Of a stretch of 64,000 nucleotides of DNA, positions 49,752 to 58,889 are shown piece after piece. Location: NCBI GenBank assembly GCA_965224085.1, contig CBDCYI010000011.1:1600001-1664000 (forward strand), read 5' to 3'. The notes below the pieces were generated by a model, which saw nothing but the letters and a program-made list of their open reading frames with translations, had not been told where the DNA came from and did not search any database. A program made the translations under genes and the position numbers. How positions within the stretch are numbered: the first letter of the stretch is position 1; each line of letters opens with the position of its first letter. This DNA is from Candidatus Marinacidobacterales bacterium (lineage in GTDB: Bacteria > Acidobacteriota > Vicinamibacteria > Marinacidobacterales > SMYC01).

Positions 49752-50828
49752 ATGGAACGCAGAGATTGGTTGAAGATGGCGGGGCTCGGTGCGCTCGGCG
49801 CAAGCTGCCGGAGCGCCGGCGGCTCCAAGCTCGCGAAAGTCGACGTCTCGCCCGAGCGGGTCATTCGAACGACCGTCGGTCTCAGGCCCTTTCGCCCATC
49901 GGGGTTCCGGGTCGAGAAAGAGACCCTCGAAGGCAAGACCGTCGTTCATAACTACGGCCACGGAGGCGGCGGGATGTCCCTTTCGTGGGGCTCTTCGTAT
50001 TTGGCGGTGGAGCAAGCGCTGGCAACGGGCGAGACGCGCTTCGCGATCATCGGCTGCGGCGTAATGGGGCTTTCGACCGCGCGGCTTCTGCAAAAACACG
50101 GGATGGACGTGACCATCTATTCGAAGGACATCCCTCCCAACACAACCTCCAACATGTCCGCGGCATGGTGGAGCCCCGGCTCGACCGTCGACCCGAGCGA
50201 GCGGACCGAAGCTTACGACCAGCAATTCGTCAGAGCGGCGCGATTCGCCAATCGCTACTATCAGAACTATGTCGGTCTGGAATACGGCGTCCGGTGGCGC
50301 CCGCGCTACAACGTCTCCGAAGACCCGCCCGAGCCCGGTCGGCGCGATCTGATCGCCGATCTCTTTCCTGAAGGCAAAAACCTCGAGCCCGGAGATCATC
50401 CTTTTCCGTGGCCCTACGTTCACCGCAGCTGGACGATGCTCATCGAACCGCCAACCTACATGCGTGCGCTCTTGCGGGACTACCGCATTGCCGGCGGGGA
50501 CGTCGTGCTACGCGCGTTCGAGAATCTCGACGAGGTCCTTGCCCTCGATGAGGCTGTCATCATGAATTGCAGCGGGCTCGGCGCCCGGGATCTCTTCGGC
50601 GACGAGACTCTGACGCCCATCAAAGGTCAGCTCACGGTCCTGCTGCCCCAACCCGAGCTCGACTACATCATGGTGGGAGGCGGCCTCTACATGATCCCGC
50701 GGCGCGATGGGGTTGCGCTCGGAACGACGCACGAGCGCGGCGATTGGTCGCTCGAGCCAAGCCGAACCGAGATGCACCGCGTAATGGAAGGCCACACCGG
50801 GTTCTGGAGTCAAATGGACTCCGCGTGA
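49752..50828 (+). CDS. D-amino-acid oxidase-family flavoprotein, permuted, Tat lipoprotein signal
   Basis: ERRDWLK..GASC; GLRP and HNYGHGGGG precede IIGCGVMG; NCSGLGA, PIKGQ. Confidence 0.85.
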   Translation: MERRDWLKMAGLGALGASCRSAGGSKLAKVDVSPERVIRTTVGLRPFRPSGFRVEKETLEGKTVVHNYGHGGGGMSLSWGSSYLAVEQALATGETRFAIIGCGVMGLSTARLLQKHGMDVTIYSKDIPPNTTSNMSAAWWSPGSTVDPSERTEAYDQQFVRAARFANRYYQNYVGLEYGVRWRPRYNVSEDPPEPGRRDLIADLFPEGKNLEPGDHPFPWPYVHRSWTMLIEPPTYMRALLRDYRIAGGDVVLRAFENLDEVLALDEAVIMNCSGLGARDLFGDETLTPIKGQLTVLLPQPELDYIMVGGGLYMIPRRDGVALGTTHERGDWSLEPSRTEMHRVMEGHTGFWSQMDSA

Positions 50829-51502
50829 GAGGGCTCTTAGCACTCGTAGCCCTCGCCGCCGGCGGAGTCTTGACGCGCGCGCTCCTGATGCCTCCCGACT
50901 ACGGCCGCGCTCCGAGGCTCGCGGCTGTCGTCGACGGCGGCAAGATGGAAGAGTTCCTGCAAAGCGCCGCCGAGACGGAGGTCGTCCTTCGCTGGGTCGC
51001 GGATGGCGCACCAGGGAAAAGCTGGCCGGAAGTACGTGCCGTTCTCGAACGGCGCTGCGTGTCTTGTCACTACACCGACGCTGACGCTTTCGAGATCTTG
51101 CCTCTCGACGCCTACGGGCCGGCCGCGCGCGCCGCCAAGGTCGAGCCTATCCTGCGGGAGAAAATCACGGGCGGAACGATGGGCGAATACCTGGAGAGCC
51201 CGAAAGCGCAGCAGGCCCTTCTCGCTTGGATCGACGGGGGCGCACGCGAGGCAACGTGGCCCGAGGCGAGAGAAGTCTTGAGCGAGCACTGTGTGCATTG
51301 CCACAACCCCGAAGGCGTTCAAGGCATCCCGAGGCTCGATGTCTATCGTCCCGCGGCGCGACTCGCGACGATGCCCGAGCCCGCGCCCCGTCCGTTCCTG
51401 ATCCCCGCGATCGTGCTCGCCGGAGCGAGCCTCGGGCTCTCCGTTTACGGACGCTTCCGCAAGTCTCCCGGCATGGCTACGGAAAGCTCTCGTACACTCT
51501 GA
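50825..51502 (+). CDS. Diheme c-type cytochrome, membrane anchored
   Basis: CVSCH and CVHCH in duplicated units; hydrophobic N- and C-termini. Confidence 0.75.
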   Translation: MRGLLALVALAAGGVLTRALLMPPDYGRAPRLAAVVDGGKMEEFLQSAAETEVVLRWVADGAPGKSWPEVRAVLERRCVSCHYTDADAFEILPLDAYGPAARAAKVEPILREKITGGTMGEYLESPKAQQALLAWIDGGAREATWPEAREVLSEHCVHCHNPEGVQGIPRLDVYRPAARLATMPEPAPRPFLIPAIVLAGASLGLSVYGRFRKSPGMATESSRTL

Positions 51503-52494
51503 AAGTCCTTATCCGCAGTGGCCATCACCTCGAGCCCGGCCTCGAGGGCCGTGGAGGCCATGAGTGAGCCGTCCATCATGAGGCCAAATTCGAATCTCAA
51601 TTCCGAAGTACGCCAAAGTATCTTGAGGTCGAGCGGGACAACCTCCACCCCCATAAGGGGAATCTTCTGAACGTTCTCATGATACGTACTGAGCTTCTTG
51701 ACGACGCCAGGTTTCTTCCTTAGTGTCTCTTCCGGGGATGGTCGAAACCCCTCGCCTTTAGGCGAAGAGAAGATCGTGGTATTGTGGTCGCGTGCGTCAC
51801 TACAGGCACGGAGCGCACACGAAAACGGACCTAAAAGCGCACATCGTTTGGATACCGAAATATCGTAAAAAGGTTTTGATCGGTCCAGTAGCGGTTCGTG
51901 TGCGCGATCTGATTCGTCAGATCGCGATGGAACATGAGCTGCACATAATCTCGGGTAAGGTTGCACGCGACCACGTCCACGTGTTCGTATCCTACCGACC
52001 ACACCAGGACCTGAGTACGATCGTGCAGTGGCTAAAAGGAATAAGCTCCCGAGTACTCCTTCAGGAGTTTGCTCACCTGAGGAAGAAGTTTTGGGGCCGG
52101 CACTTCTGGGCCCGAGGATATCTGGCGGTGAGTTCAGGAAGCATAACGGACGAGATGGTAAAGGAGTACATAGACTCCCAGGATGGCGAGCCTCTTCACG
52201 ACGACAGTCAATTTCCAATTGACAGCCCTTGAAGCCACCGCCTTCTAGGCGGTGGTTGTTCACTTTCTTCGCGACGTTGCCGGACGAGACCAATCCGAGC
52301 GAAACCGCCTCCAGCATCATCAGTCGGTGCGAAACTTCGACGAGCGCGGCCGCCGACGTAACCGCCTTCAACTGTCCGCTCTCACAGCGCTCTAGGAACC
52401 TACGGCACGGAAGTGATGAGCCGGAGAAGTGGTACACAAAGACGGTCGCGTCGACAAAGACCGAGAGTCCAGCAGGGATCTCGTCAAGAGTCAA
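51445..52494 (-). CDS. PIN-domain (VapC-like) toxin carrying an in-frame IS insertion
   Basis: FVDAT, LVEV, MDGS, TADKDF; 169 aa once 51724-52263 is removed. Confidence 0.85.
   Translation of the reverse strand: MTLDEIPAGLSVFVDATVFVYHFSGSSLPCRRFLERCESGQLKAVTSAAALVEVSHRLMMLEAVSLGLVSSGNVAKKVNNHRLEGGGFKGCQLEIDCRREEARHPGSLCTPLPSRPLCFLNSPPDILGPRSAGPKTSSSGEQTPEGVLGSLFLLATARSYSGPGVVGRIRTRGRGRVQPYPRLCAAHVPSRSDESDRAHEPLLDRSKPFYDISVSKRCALLGPFSCALRACSDARDHNTTIFSSPKGEGFRPSPEETLRKKPGVVKKLSTYHENVQKIPLMGVEVVPLDLKILWRTSELRFEFGLMMDGSLMASTALEAGLEVMATADKDFQSVRELSVAMPGDLRKRP
51724..52263 (+). mobile_element. IS200/IS605-family element, tnpA only, 540 bp
   Basis: Inserted 3' of TTAG with no duplication; left hairpin CTCGCCTTTAGGCGAAG; right hairpin CCACCGCC/GGCGGTGG; ends in TCAC. 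Confidence 0.92.
51792..52232 (+). CDS. tnpA: Y1 HUH transposase
   Basis: HIVWIPKYRK, DHVH, KGISS, FWGRHFWARGY, EYID. Confidence 0.95.
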   Translation: MRHYRHGAHTKTDLKAHIVWIPKYRKKVLIGPVAVRVRDLIRQIAMEHELHIISGKVARDHVHVFVSYRPHQDLSTIVQWLKGISSRVLLQEFAHLRKKFWGRHFWARGYLAVSSGSITDEMVKEYIDSQDGEPLHDDSQFPIDSP

Positions 52495-52696
52495 TCCAGT
52501 CCTCTTCGGCCATGATCTTGCGGAGCTCTGACGCCGGAAGTGTCAAGGACCCCCAAGTCTCGGCGACCACCCCCAAGCCTCGGCCCGGTACATCGCGCTC
52601 GTCGAGATACTTCTGAAGCGCCTCGCCGATGATTTCACTGATCTGCTTCCCGCGCACGACGGACTCCAGCTTTGCGCGCCGATAGAGGCGCTCACG
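52484..52696 (-). pseudogene. RHH-type antitoxin lacking its 5' end
   Basis: RERLYRRAKLESVVRGKQISEIIGEALQKYL...VVAETWG...EEDWIDS*; overlaps PIN start; no credible start. Confidence 0.65.
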
Positions 52697-53037
52697 AAGA
52701 AGCCATGGGTACGGCGATTGTCGTTGAAGCGCGTGTCCCCGGTCGACGCCGTCGGCTTGTAGAGATAACGGCGGATCACGACAGGGTCACCCGTCGCATC
52801 AGCGCTCTCGGGACCGGGCTCGGATGACATGAAGGCAATGGAGCTCGAGTCCGGCGACCACGCGAGCCGCTCTCCCGAAGATGGCAACGGATGATTCGTT
52901 CCCGAGATTGGCGCGAGAAAGCGCTCGCTCCCTCCGGAAGCGTCAAACAGCAGAAGGCGCGAAAGCTCCGGAACGATATCATCCAAATCGACCAAAGTCT
53001 TCTTTCGGCCGATCAAAAGAGTTGCATCAAGGACCAC
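52697..53037 (-). pseudogene. Chimeric relic: S9 peptidase propeller fragment + phytase-like esterase fragment
   Basis: LAWSPDSSSIAF..DPVVIRRYLYK; LVDLDDIVPELS resembles LLDLDDIVPELS at ~54720. Confidence 0.55.
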
Positions 53038-53089
53038 GGATGGAAGATCATGCGTCTTTCCCAGAGCACCCTACAGGAGGAGTTCAGAG

Positions 53090-53986
53090 ATGCGAAAACA
53101 GCTTCCGATCGCGATGATCGCTGTCGCGATCGCGGCCGTTGTCTCTTTTTACTCGTTCGCCACAACCCGAGCCATCCAGGACCCGGAGTACCGGGCGCCG
53201 CGGACGGCGGATGGTAAACCCGACCTGAACGGGATCTGGCAAGCTATCGGCTCGGCCCACTGGGACGTCGAACCGCATGCCGCGCGCATGGGACCCGTCG
53301 TCGAGCTCGCCGCGCTTGGAGCCATGCCCGGAGGGCTCGGCATCGTAGAGGGTGGCGGCGAGATACCCTACACTCCCGAGGCGCGAGCGAAGCAGCAAGA
53401 CAATCTCGAGCACTGGCTCGCGCGCGACCCTGCCGTGAAGTGCTACATGCCAGGGGTGCCGCGCGCCACCTATATGCCGTACCCGTTCCAGATCGTCCAG
53501 ACGCCCGACACCATTCTGATCTCCTACGAGTTCGCGAGCTCAAGCCGGATCGTTTACATGAACCGTCCGGATTTCGAGGCGCCCGTCGAAGCGTGGATGG
53601 GACACTCGCGGGCTCTCTGGGAGGGTGAGACGCTGGTCGTCGACGTGACGTCGAACGTAGGCGATACGTGGCTCGATAGCTCCGGAAACCACCATAGCGA
53701 CAAGCTCCACGTCGTCGAGCGCTACACCGCCATCAGCCCGAACAACTTGATGTACGAGGCGACGCTCGAAGATCCCGAGACTTATACGCGACCCTGGACG
53801 ATCCGAGTGCCGCTCTATCGGCGTATCGATGAGAGCATGCAACTCTTGGAGTTCAAGTGTGTGGAGTTCGCCGAAGAGCTGATGTATGGACACCTGCGCA
53901 AGAATCCGGACCTTACGCCGGTCTATCGAGCCACCGGTGTCGGGTCGGCCCGAGAAGCCGCATCCGGTGAAGGAGGTAATCCATGA
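53090..53986 (+). CDS. Conserved secreted hypothetical protein
   Basis: PRTADGKPDLNGIW, DP..KC..PGVPR, WMGHS, LEFKC; GGAGG SD. Confidence 0.85.
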   Translation: MRKQLPIAMIAVAIAAVVSFYSFATTRAIQDPEYRAPRTADGKPDLNGIWQAIGSAHWDVEPHAARMGPVVELAALGAMPGGLGIVEGGGEIPYTPEARAKQQDNLEHWLARDPAVKCYMPGVPRATYMPYPFQIVQTPDTILISYEFASSSRIVYMNRPDFEAPVEAWMGHSRALWEGETLVVDVTSNVGDTWLDSSGNHHSDKLHVVERYTAISPNNLMYEATLEDPETYTRPWTIRVPLYRRIDESMQLLEFKCVEFAEELMYGHLRKNPDLTPVYRATGVGSAREAASGEGGNP

Positions 53987-54447
53987 GGAAGGAGATTCCA
54001 ATACGAGTGAAGCTAGCATTTGCGGTGGCTGGTCTAGCGCTCATGATAGCCGCGGTGCCGGTAGTGGCCCATCATGCATTTTCGGCCGAGTTCGACGCGA
54101 CGCGGCCACTCAAGCTCGAAGGCGCGGTCGTCAAGGTGGAGTGGATCAATCCCCATGCTTGGATCCATATCGAAGTCGCGCAAGAGGAGGGCGCGAAAGA
54201 AGTGTGGGCGATCGAGGGTGGCACTCCGAACACGTTGTTCCGGCGCGGTTTCAAGAAGGACTCGCTCATGCCCGGCACGGATATCGTGGTCGACGGCTAT
54301 CAAGCCAAGGACGGGTCGAACAAGATGAACGGCCGGAACCTGACGCTCCCCAACGGCGATAGTCTGTTCTTGGGCTCGTCCGGGACCGGCGCGCCGCGGG
54401 ATGGCGCGGATCCGAGAGAGCGACCACGGAAAAAGCCGAAAAAGTAG
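53983..54447 (+). CDS. DUF6152 family protein
   Basis: AHHAFSAEFD, WINPHAWI, W.IE. Confidence 0.88.
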   Translation: MRKEIPIRVKLAFAVAGLALMIAAVPVVAHHAFSAEFDATRPLKLEGAVVKVEWINPHAWIHIEVAQEEGAKEVWAIEGGTPNTLFRRGFKKDSLMPGTDIVVDGYQAKDGSNKMNGRNLTLPNGDSLFLGSSGTGAPRDGADPRERPRKKPKK

Positions 54448-54567
54448 CTCGTACTCTGGATTGTGTCTACCAAGACGCGTGCCACGAAGAGAATCGGAGC
54501 ATGACGGTGGTCCTCGAGGTCGCTCGCGCTGAGGCGCGCGCCGAAGCCGAGCGGAACGGACCGGCAG

Positions 54568-55692
54568 TCAGGTCAAACGAAACAGCAAAAAGACGGTGCG
54601 TTGCGAATCTTCGAAATTGTCGTCGCTAACCAGGAGAAGGCTTTGGCCCCCATCCGGCAGCACGGGACCGAGACCCATCGCCTCGAAGTTGTCGAGGCTC
54701 TGATAGCCCGGCGAGAGTTCCGGAACGATATCGTCCAAATCGAGCAAGAGCTCTTTTTGGACGGGCCGCCAGTCGCCATTTTGAAGCGTCGAGAGAGCCG
54801 TGACGTCCGAAGCGTCCTCTAGGTCGACCACGAAAATCCGGCCGCGGCTGACGCTTCTCCTGTCGCCTTTTTTATCGCGGATGTAATCGCGCTCGAGGGC
54901 GAGAAGGCGCGTTGTCGAAAGAGCAACGAGCTCCACGAGGCCCGATTCCCCGTCGGCATCGCCGAAGCCCGCGACCGATGCGAGAGGTCCAATAGGATAG
55001 ACGTACTCGCCGCCCCGAACGAGCTCACGGCCAGAAATCTCATATTCGAAGATACGTATGAACCCCGGCCTGTCGAACGACGCTTCGTGACCGTCTTGCA
55101 GAAGAGGCCACTCGGTGCCGACGTACAGGCGTCCTCCGTCCGGAGAGAGCGTCAAGCTTTCGAAGCCGCGATTGTGCCGTACGCCTTTGTCCCGAGACTC
55201 GCCCTCGACGACACACTTGGGTGGAATAGTGAAACCACGCGCCAGACGCCCAGCGCGATCGAACTCGAGCAGCTTCGCTTGCTCGACGGGTTCCGGTCGA
55301 AAGTCCGCCTCCGTCGATACGAGAAGCGTGCCCCAAGGTGTCGCCACAAGGCCCTCTGGGTCGAGCCTCCTATTAGCGAAGCTATCGCCTCCCGTTTTTA
55401 CGAGGAAGGTCGCCCCCACCGGCTCGACGATTAGCTCCCCATCCTTGAACGAAGTCGCGACCGTGAACAAGCGCGAGCGACGTCTCGCATCCGACAAGAC
55501 TAGCCAACTTTCCGACGCGCCGTTGTAGGCGACGGCCGAGATCCCTCCTATCGCCACGCCCGCATAGCGCGTATTTGACGGCAAGTTGAAATCCGCGAGA
55601 AAGTCGAGCTCTAGAGGCTCCGGCGCTCGGCCCACGTCTTCCGCGCAGCTCGCAAAAGCCACGAGGAGGAGTGCAGAGAAGAGCCTCCTCAC
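54568..55692 (-). CDS. Phytase-like esterase family lipoprotein
   Basis: Lipobox FASC, GGIS, DPEG, NRGFES, DNFE, SDDNF. Confidence 0.88.
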   Translation of the reverse strand: MRRLFSALLLVAFASCAEDVGRAPEPLELDFLADFNLPSNTRYAGVAIGGISAVAYNGASESWLVLSDARRRSRLFTVATSFKDGELIVEPVGATFLVKTGGDSFANRRLDPEGLVATPWGTLLVSTEADFRPEPVEQAKLLEFDRAGRLARGFTIPPKCVVEGESRDKGVRHNRGFESLTLSPDGGRLYVGTEWPLLQDGHEASFDRPGFIRIFEYEISGRELVRGGEYVYPIGPLASVAGFGDADGESGLVELVALSTTRLLALERDYIRDKKGDRRSVSRGRIFVVDLEDASDVTALSTLQNGDWRPVQKELLLDLDDIVPELSPGYQSLDNFEAMGLGPVLPDGGQSLLLVSDDNFEDSQRTVFLLFRLT

Positions 55693-55702
55693 GCCAAGGC
55701 GC

Positions 55703-57094
55703 CTAGGCCGGCTGCTCGGCGAGAAAGCTGATGAGGTCGATTTTGGTGAAAATGCCGCTGACGGAGTCCTCGTCGAGTACCACCGCGATGTGACCGCGGT
55801 TAAAAACTTCCGCAAGCGCCTCGAGCGAGTTCCGCGGGGAGACGACTTCCATTTGTTCCGTGTTAACGAGCGGGGCAATCGGATCCTTCGCGCCCGCGTT
55901 CGCCTGGACCATGCGATCGAGAATCGCAAACTCGGTGATCATACCCGAGAGCTTACCGTCATCGACCACTGGAAGCTGCGAGATATTGTGCTCCTTCATC
56001 ACACGCACGACATCAGCCATGGACGCGTTCGAATCGACCGTGATGACGGTCTGGATACGTTTCGACACAAGCAGGTCCGAGACCGTGCTCTCTCCGAGAT
56101 CGGTCTCCATGAAGCGATTTTGCCGCATCCAATCGTCGTTGAAGAATTTCGACAAGTAGCGCGAGCCGGAGTCCGGCAACAGCACGACCACGACCTTGTC
56201 TGCGGGAAGGTCGCGCGCGTAACGAAGTGCGGCCGCAGCCGCTGTGCCGCACGAGCCGCCCACGAAGAGCCCTTCTTCCCTTCCAAGACGGCGTGCGATA
56301 ACGAAGGATTCCTTGTCGCCGACCTGGAAAACGTCGTCGACGACGTCGAAGTTCATCGTCGAGGGCAGAAAATCTTCTCCGACACCTTCGACCTTGTAGG
56401 AATGCGCCGCGCCGAGATTGCCCGTCTTGAAATATTCGTAATAGAGCGAGCCCACCGGATCGGCGCCAATGATCTTGATATCCTGGTTCTTTTCCTTCAG
56501 ATATTTGCCCATACCGGAAATCGTCCCCCCGGTGCCCATACCAACAACGAGCGCGTCAATCTTGCCGCCTGTCTGCTCCCAGACTTCGGGCCCGGTCGAA
56601 TCGTAATGCGCCTGCGGGTTCACCGGATTGTGGTACTGATTCGCGTAGAGGCAGTTCGGCGTCTCCTCGGAAAGCTTACGAGAGACGCAGTAATAGCTCC
56701 GCGGGTCCTCCGGCTCCACCGCTATGGGACAAACGACCACTTTGGCCCCGAGAGCTTCGAGCGCGCGGATCTTCTCGTCGCTCATCTTGTCGGGCATGAC
56801 GAAGATGGCCTTGTAGCCCTTGATGGAGGCTGCGAGCGCGAGCCCCATTCCTGTATTGCCCGACGTGGCCTCGACGATCGTACCGCCTGGCTTGAGCAGC
56901 CCTTTCTTCTCGGCATCTTCGATGATGGCGATCCCGATACGGTCCTTAACCGATCCGCCGGGGTTGAAAAATTCCAGTTTCGCGAGCACGGTGGCCTTGA
57001 TGCCGCGCGTAACGTTGGTGAGCTTGACGAGAGGCGTATTGCCAATCGTTTCGAGGACGTTCTCAGCGATCCTAGGAAGAGGGCCTTTCGACAT
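55703..57094 (-). CDS. Cystathionine beta-synthase with CBS domains
   Basis: NPGGSVKDR, TSGNTG, GMGTGGT, VEGVGED, C-terminal CBS pair. Confidence 0.92.
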   Translation of the reverse strand: MSKGPLPRIAENVLETIGNTPLVKLTNVTRGIKATVLAKLEFFNPGGSVKDRIGIAIIEDAEKKGLLKPGGTIVEATSGNTGMGLALAASIKGYKAIFVMPDKMSDEKIRALEALGAKVVVCPIAVEPEDPRSYYCVSRKLSEETPNCLYANQYHNPVNPQAHYDSTGPEVWEQTGGKIDALVVGMGTGGTISGMGKYLKEKNQDIKIIGADPVGSLYYEYFKTGNLGAAHSYKVEGVGEDFLPSTMNFDVVDDVFQVGDKESFVIARRLGREEGLFVGGSCGTAAAAALRYARDLPADKVVVVLLPDSGSRYLSKFFNDDWMRQNRFMETDLGESTVSDLLVSKRIQTVITVDSNASMADVVRVMKEHNISQLPVVDDGKLSGMITEFAILDRMVQANAGAKDPIAPLVNTEQMEVVSPRNSLEALAEVFNRGHIAVVLDEDSVSGIFTKIDLISFLAEQPA

Positions 57095-57149
57095 TATTAA
57101 GATTCTACTTCCCGAAGCGCCGTCCCACAACGTCGGAGGAAGGGGAGGA

Positions 57150-58751
57150 TCAAGGACGCAGGACCCTGCCGGCAAGCACACCTCGCCCGGTGCGCTTGCC
57201 GTTCACGACGACGTGCGCCACCCCCTCCGCCAGGTGGTGCGGGTCTTTATAAGTCGCCCGATCCTCGATGGTCTCTAGATCGAACACGACGATGTCGGCC
57301 CACGCACCGGGACGCAGCTGTCCGCGGTCGGCGAGACCGAAAACCGTGGCGGGAAGACTGGTCATCGAGCGGATCGCGTGCGGCAGCGTAACGACGCCGC
57401 GCTCCCGCACGTAGCGTGCGATCTTCCGCGGAAACGTGCCGTAGTAACGAGGATGCGGCTTCCCTTCGCCCATCGCCACGAGCCCGCCATCCGAGCACGT
57501 CATCGTAAAGTCCTGACGCATGATGTGCGCAATGTCGTCTTCCGACATATTGAACGAAACGAGACCCGCCCCGCCTGCCTCGAGCAGCTCGAGCGCCAAG
57601 TCGATGGCCGCGACCCGGCGCTGTTCAGCCAGCTCCTGGAGCGTGCGCCCCTCGATTGAAGGATCGGCGCGGTGGCGGGACACTTGAAGTGTCTCCGGCC
57701 CGCCGCGTCGGCGCAAGTTGACGATCATTACTTCTTTCAAACGCGCGCGCTCACGCGGATTCGCGAGGCGTTGCTCCAGCGGTGACGGTTGGCCGGGCAT
57801 CGTCTCCCCCGCTTGCGCCCAACGCGGCACGAGGGCTCCAGTGATGCCCGTGCCGGAAGCTTCGTACGGATATTGGTCCGCCCATACGGACACGCCGCGG
57901 GCTCGCGCACGCTCGATCCTCAGGCAGGCCGCAACCGCTTTCCCCCAGTTGTCAGGCCCGAGCGCTTTCATATGGGTCACGATCCCGGAAACGTCGGCTT
58001 CGTCCGCAATCCGAATCACTTCTTCGACCGCGGCAAGAAGACCCACCGTGTAGTCGCTTTCGTCCCGGATATGACTCGTATAGACCCCGATGGGATGAAC
58101 TTCTTTCGTAAGGGCTATGACCTCTTCGGTGCTCGCGTAGCTCCCGGGCGCGTAATAGAGCCCGCTCGACAACCCGAACGCACCCGCGGCCATCCCTTCC
58201 CGCACCATGGCCTTCATCCGCTCGAGCTCCTCGTCCGTGGGTGGACGGTCCTCGAGCCCCATGACCTCGCGGCGCAAGCGACCGTGGCCCACCATCAACG
58301 CGGCATTGACGCCGATCCCTTGCGCTTCGTAGGTCGCACGTTGCTCGGAAAGCGGCCAAGGACCACCGCCGTCGGGATTCAACACGACGGTCGTGACACC
58401 TTGGGCGAGAATGGGGGCCGCATCTTTGAGCTCCTCGCTCGAGAGCCCGCCGGCCGCATGCGAGTGCACGTCGATGAAGCCGGGCGCGACGTAGAGTCCA
58501 GTGGCATCGATGACGGTTTCGGCCGTCCCATCGTGGAGTCGTCCCATCTCCACGATGCGTCCGTCCCGGATCCCGATATCCGCCGCGTACCAAGGGTTGC
58601 CGGTTCCGTCGAGAACGCGGCCGCTTTTAATTAGAATGTCGTAGGCATCGGCGCCGGCGCCCATTGAGGCTAACGCGCCCGTTGTAGCTATGGCGGCCAT
58701 GACGACCATGGCAGCCAACGTCAAGCCGAATAGGAGGATCGCCCGGCGCAT
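57150..58751 (-). CDS. N-acyl-D-amino-acid deacylase family
   Basis: DGTGNP, PGFIDVHSH, SHIRDE, DQYPY, HPRYYGTFPR. Confidence 0.92.
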   Translation of the reverse strand: MRRAILLFGLTLAAMVVMAAIATTGALASMGAGADAYDILIKSGRVLDGTGNPWYAADIGIRDGRIVEMGRLHDGTAETVIDATGLYVAPGFIDVHSHAAGGLSSEELKDAAPILAQGVTTVVLNPDGGGPWPLSEQRATYEAQGIGVNAALMVGHGRLRREVMGLEDRPPTDEELERMKAMVREGMAAGAFGLSSGLYYAPGSYASTEEVIALTKEVHPIGVYTSHIRDESDYTVGLLAAVEEVIRIADEADVSGIVTHMKALGPDNWGKAVAACLRIERARARGVSVWADQYPYEASGTGITGALVPRWAQAGETMPGQPSPLEQRLANPRERARLKEVMIVNLRRRGGPETLQVSRHRADPSIEGRTLQELAEQRRVAAIDLALELLEAGGAGLVSFNMSEDDIAHIMRQDFTMTCSDGGLVAMGEGKPHPRYYGTFPRKIARYVRERGVVTLPHAIRSMTSLPATVFGLADRGQLRPGAWADIVVFDLETIEDRATYKDPHHLAEGVAHVVVNGKRTGRGVLAGRVLRP

Positions 58752-58889
58752 CGGCCCAAGCCTATCACCGATTTCGGCGAGACGTGTCTGCATCTGCTCC
58801 ATCGAAATCACTTGCTGATATGAACCGGCGCCAGGAAGGGTACGCGTTTGAGGGCGGTTTCATCGTGGTCCCAAGCTATCCGGATCGGC

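Noticed and set aside
55586-57100. Long antisense ORFs such as 55586-57100, 9778-10689 and 41066-41980
   Set aside because: Shadow frames of well-supported genes, with no recognisable motifs.
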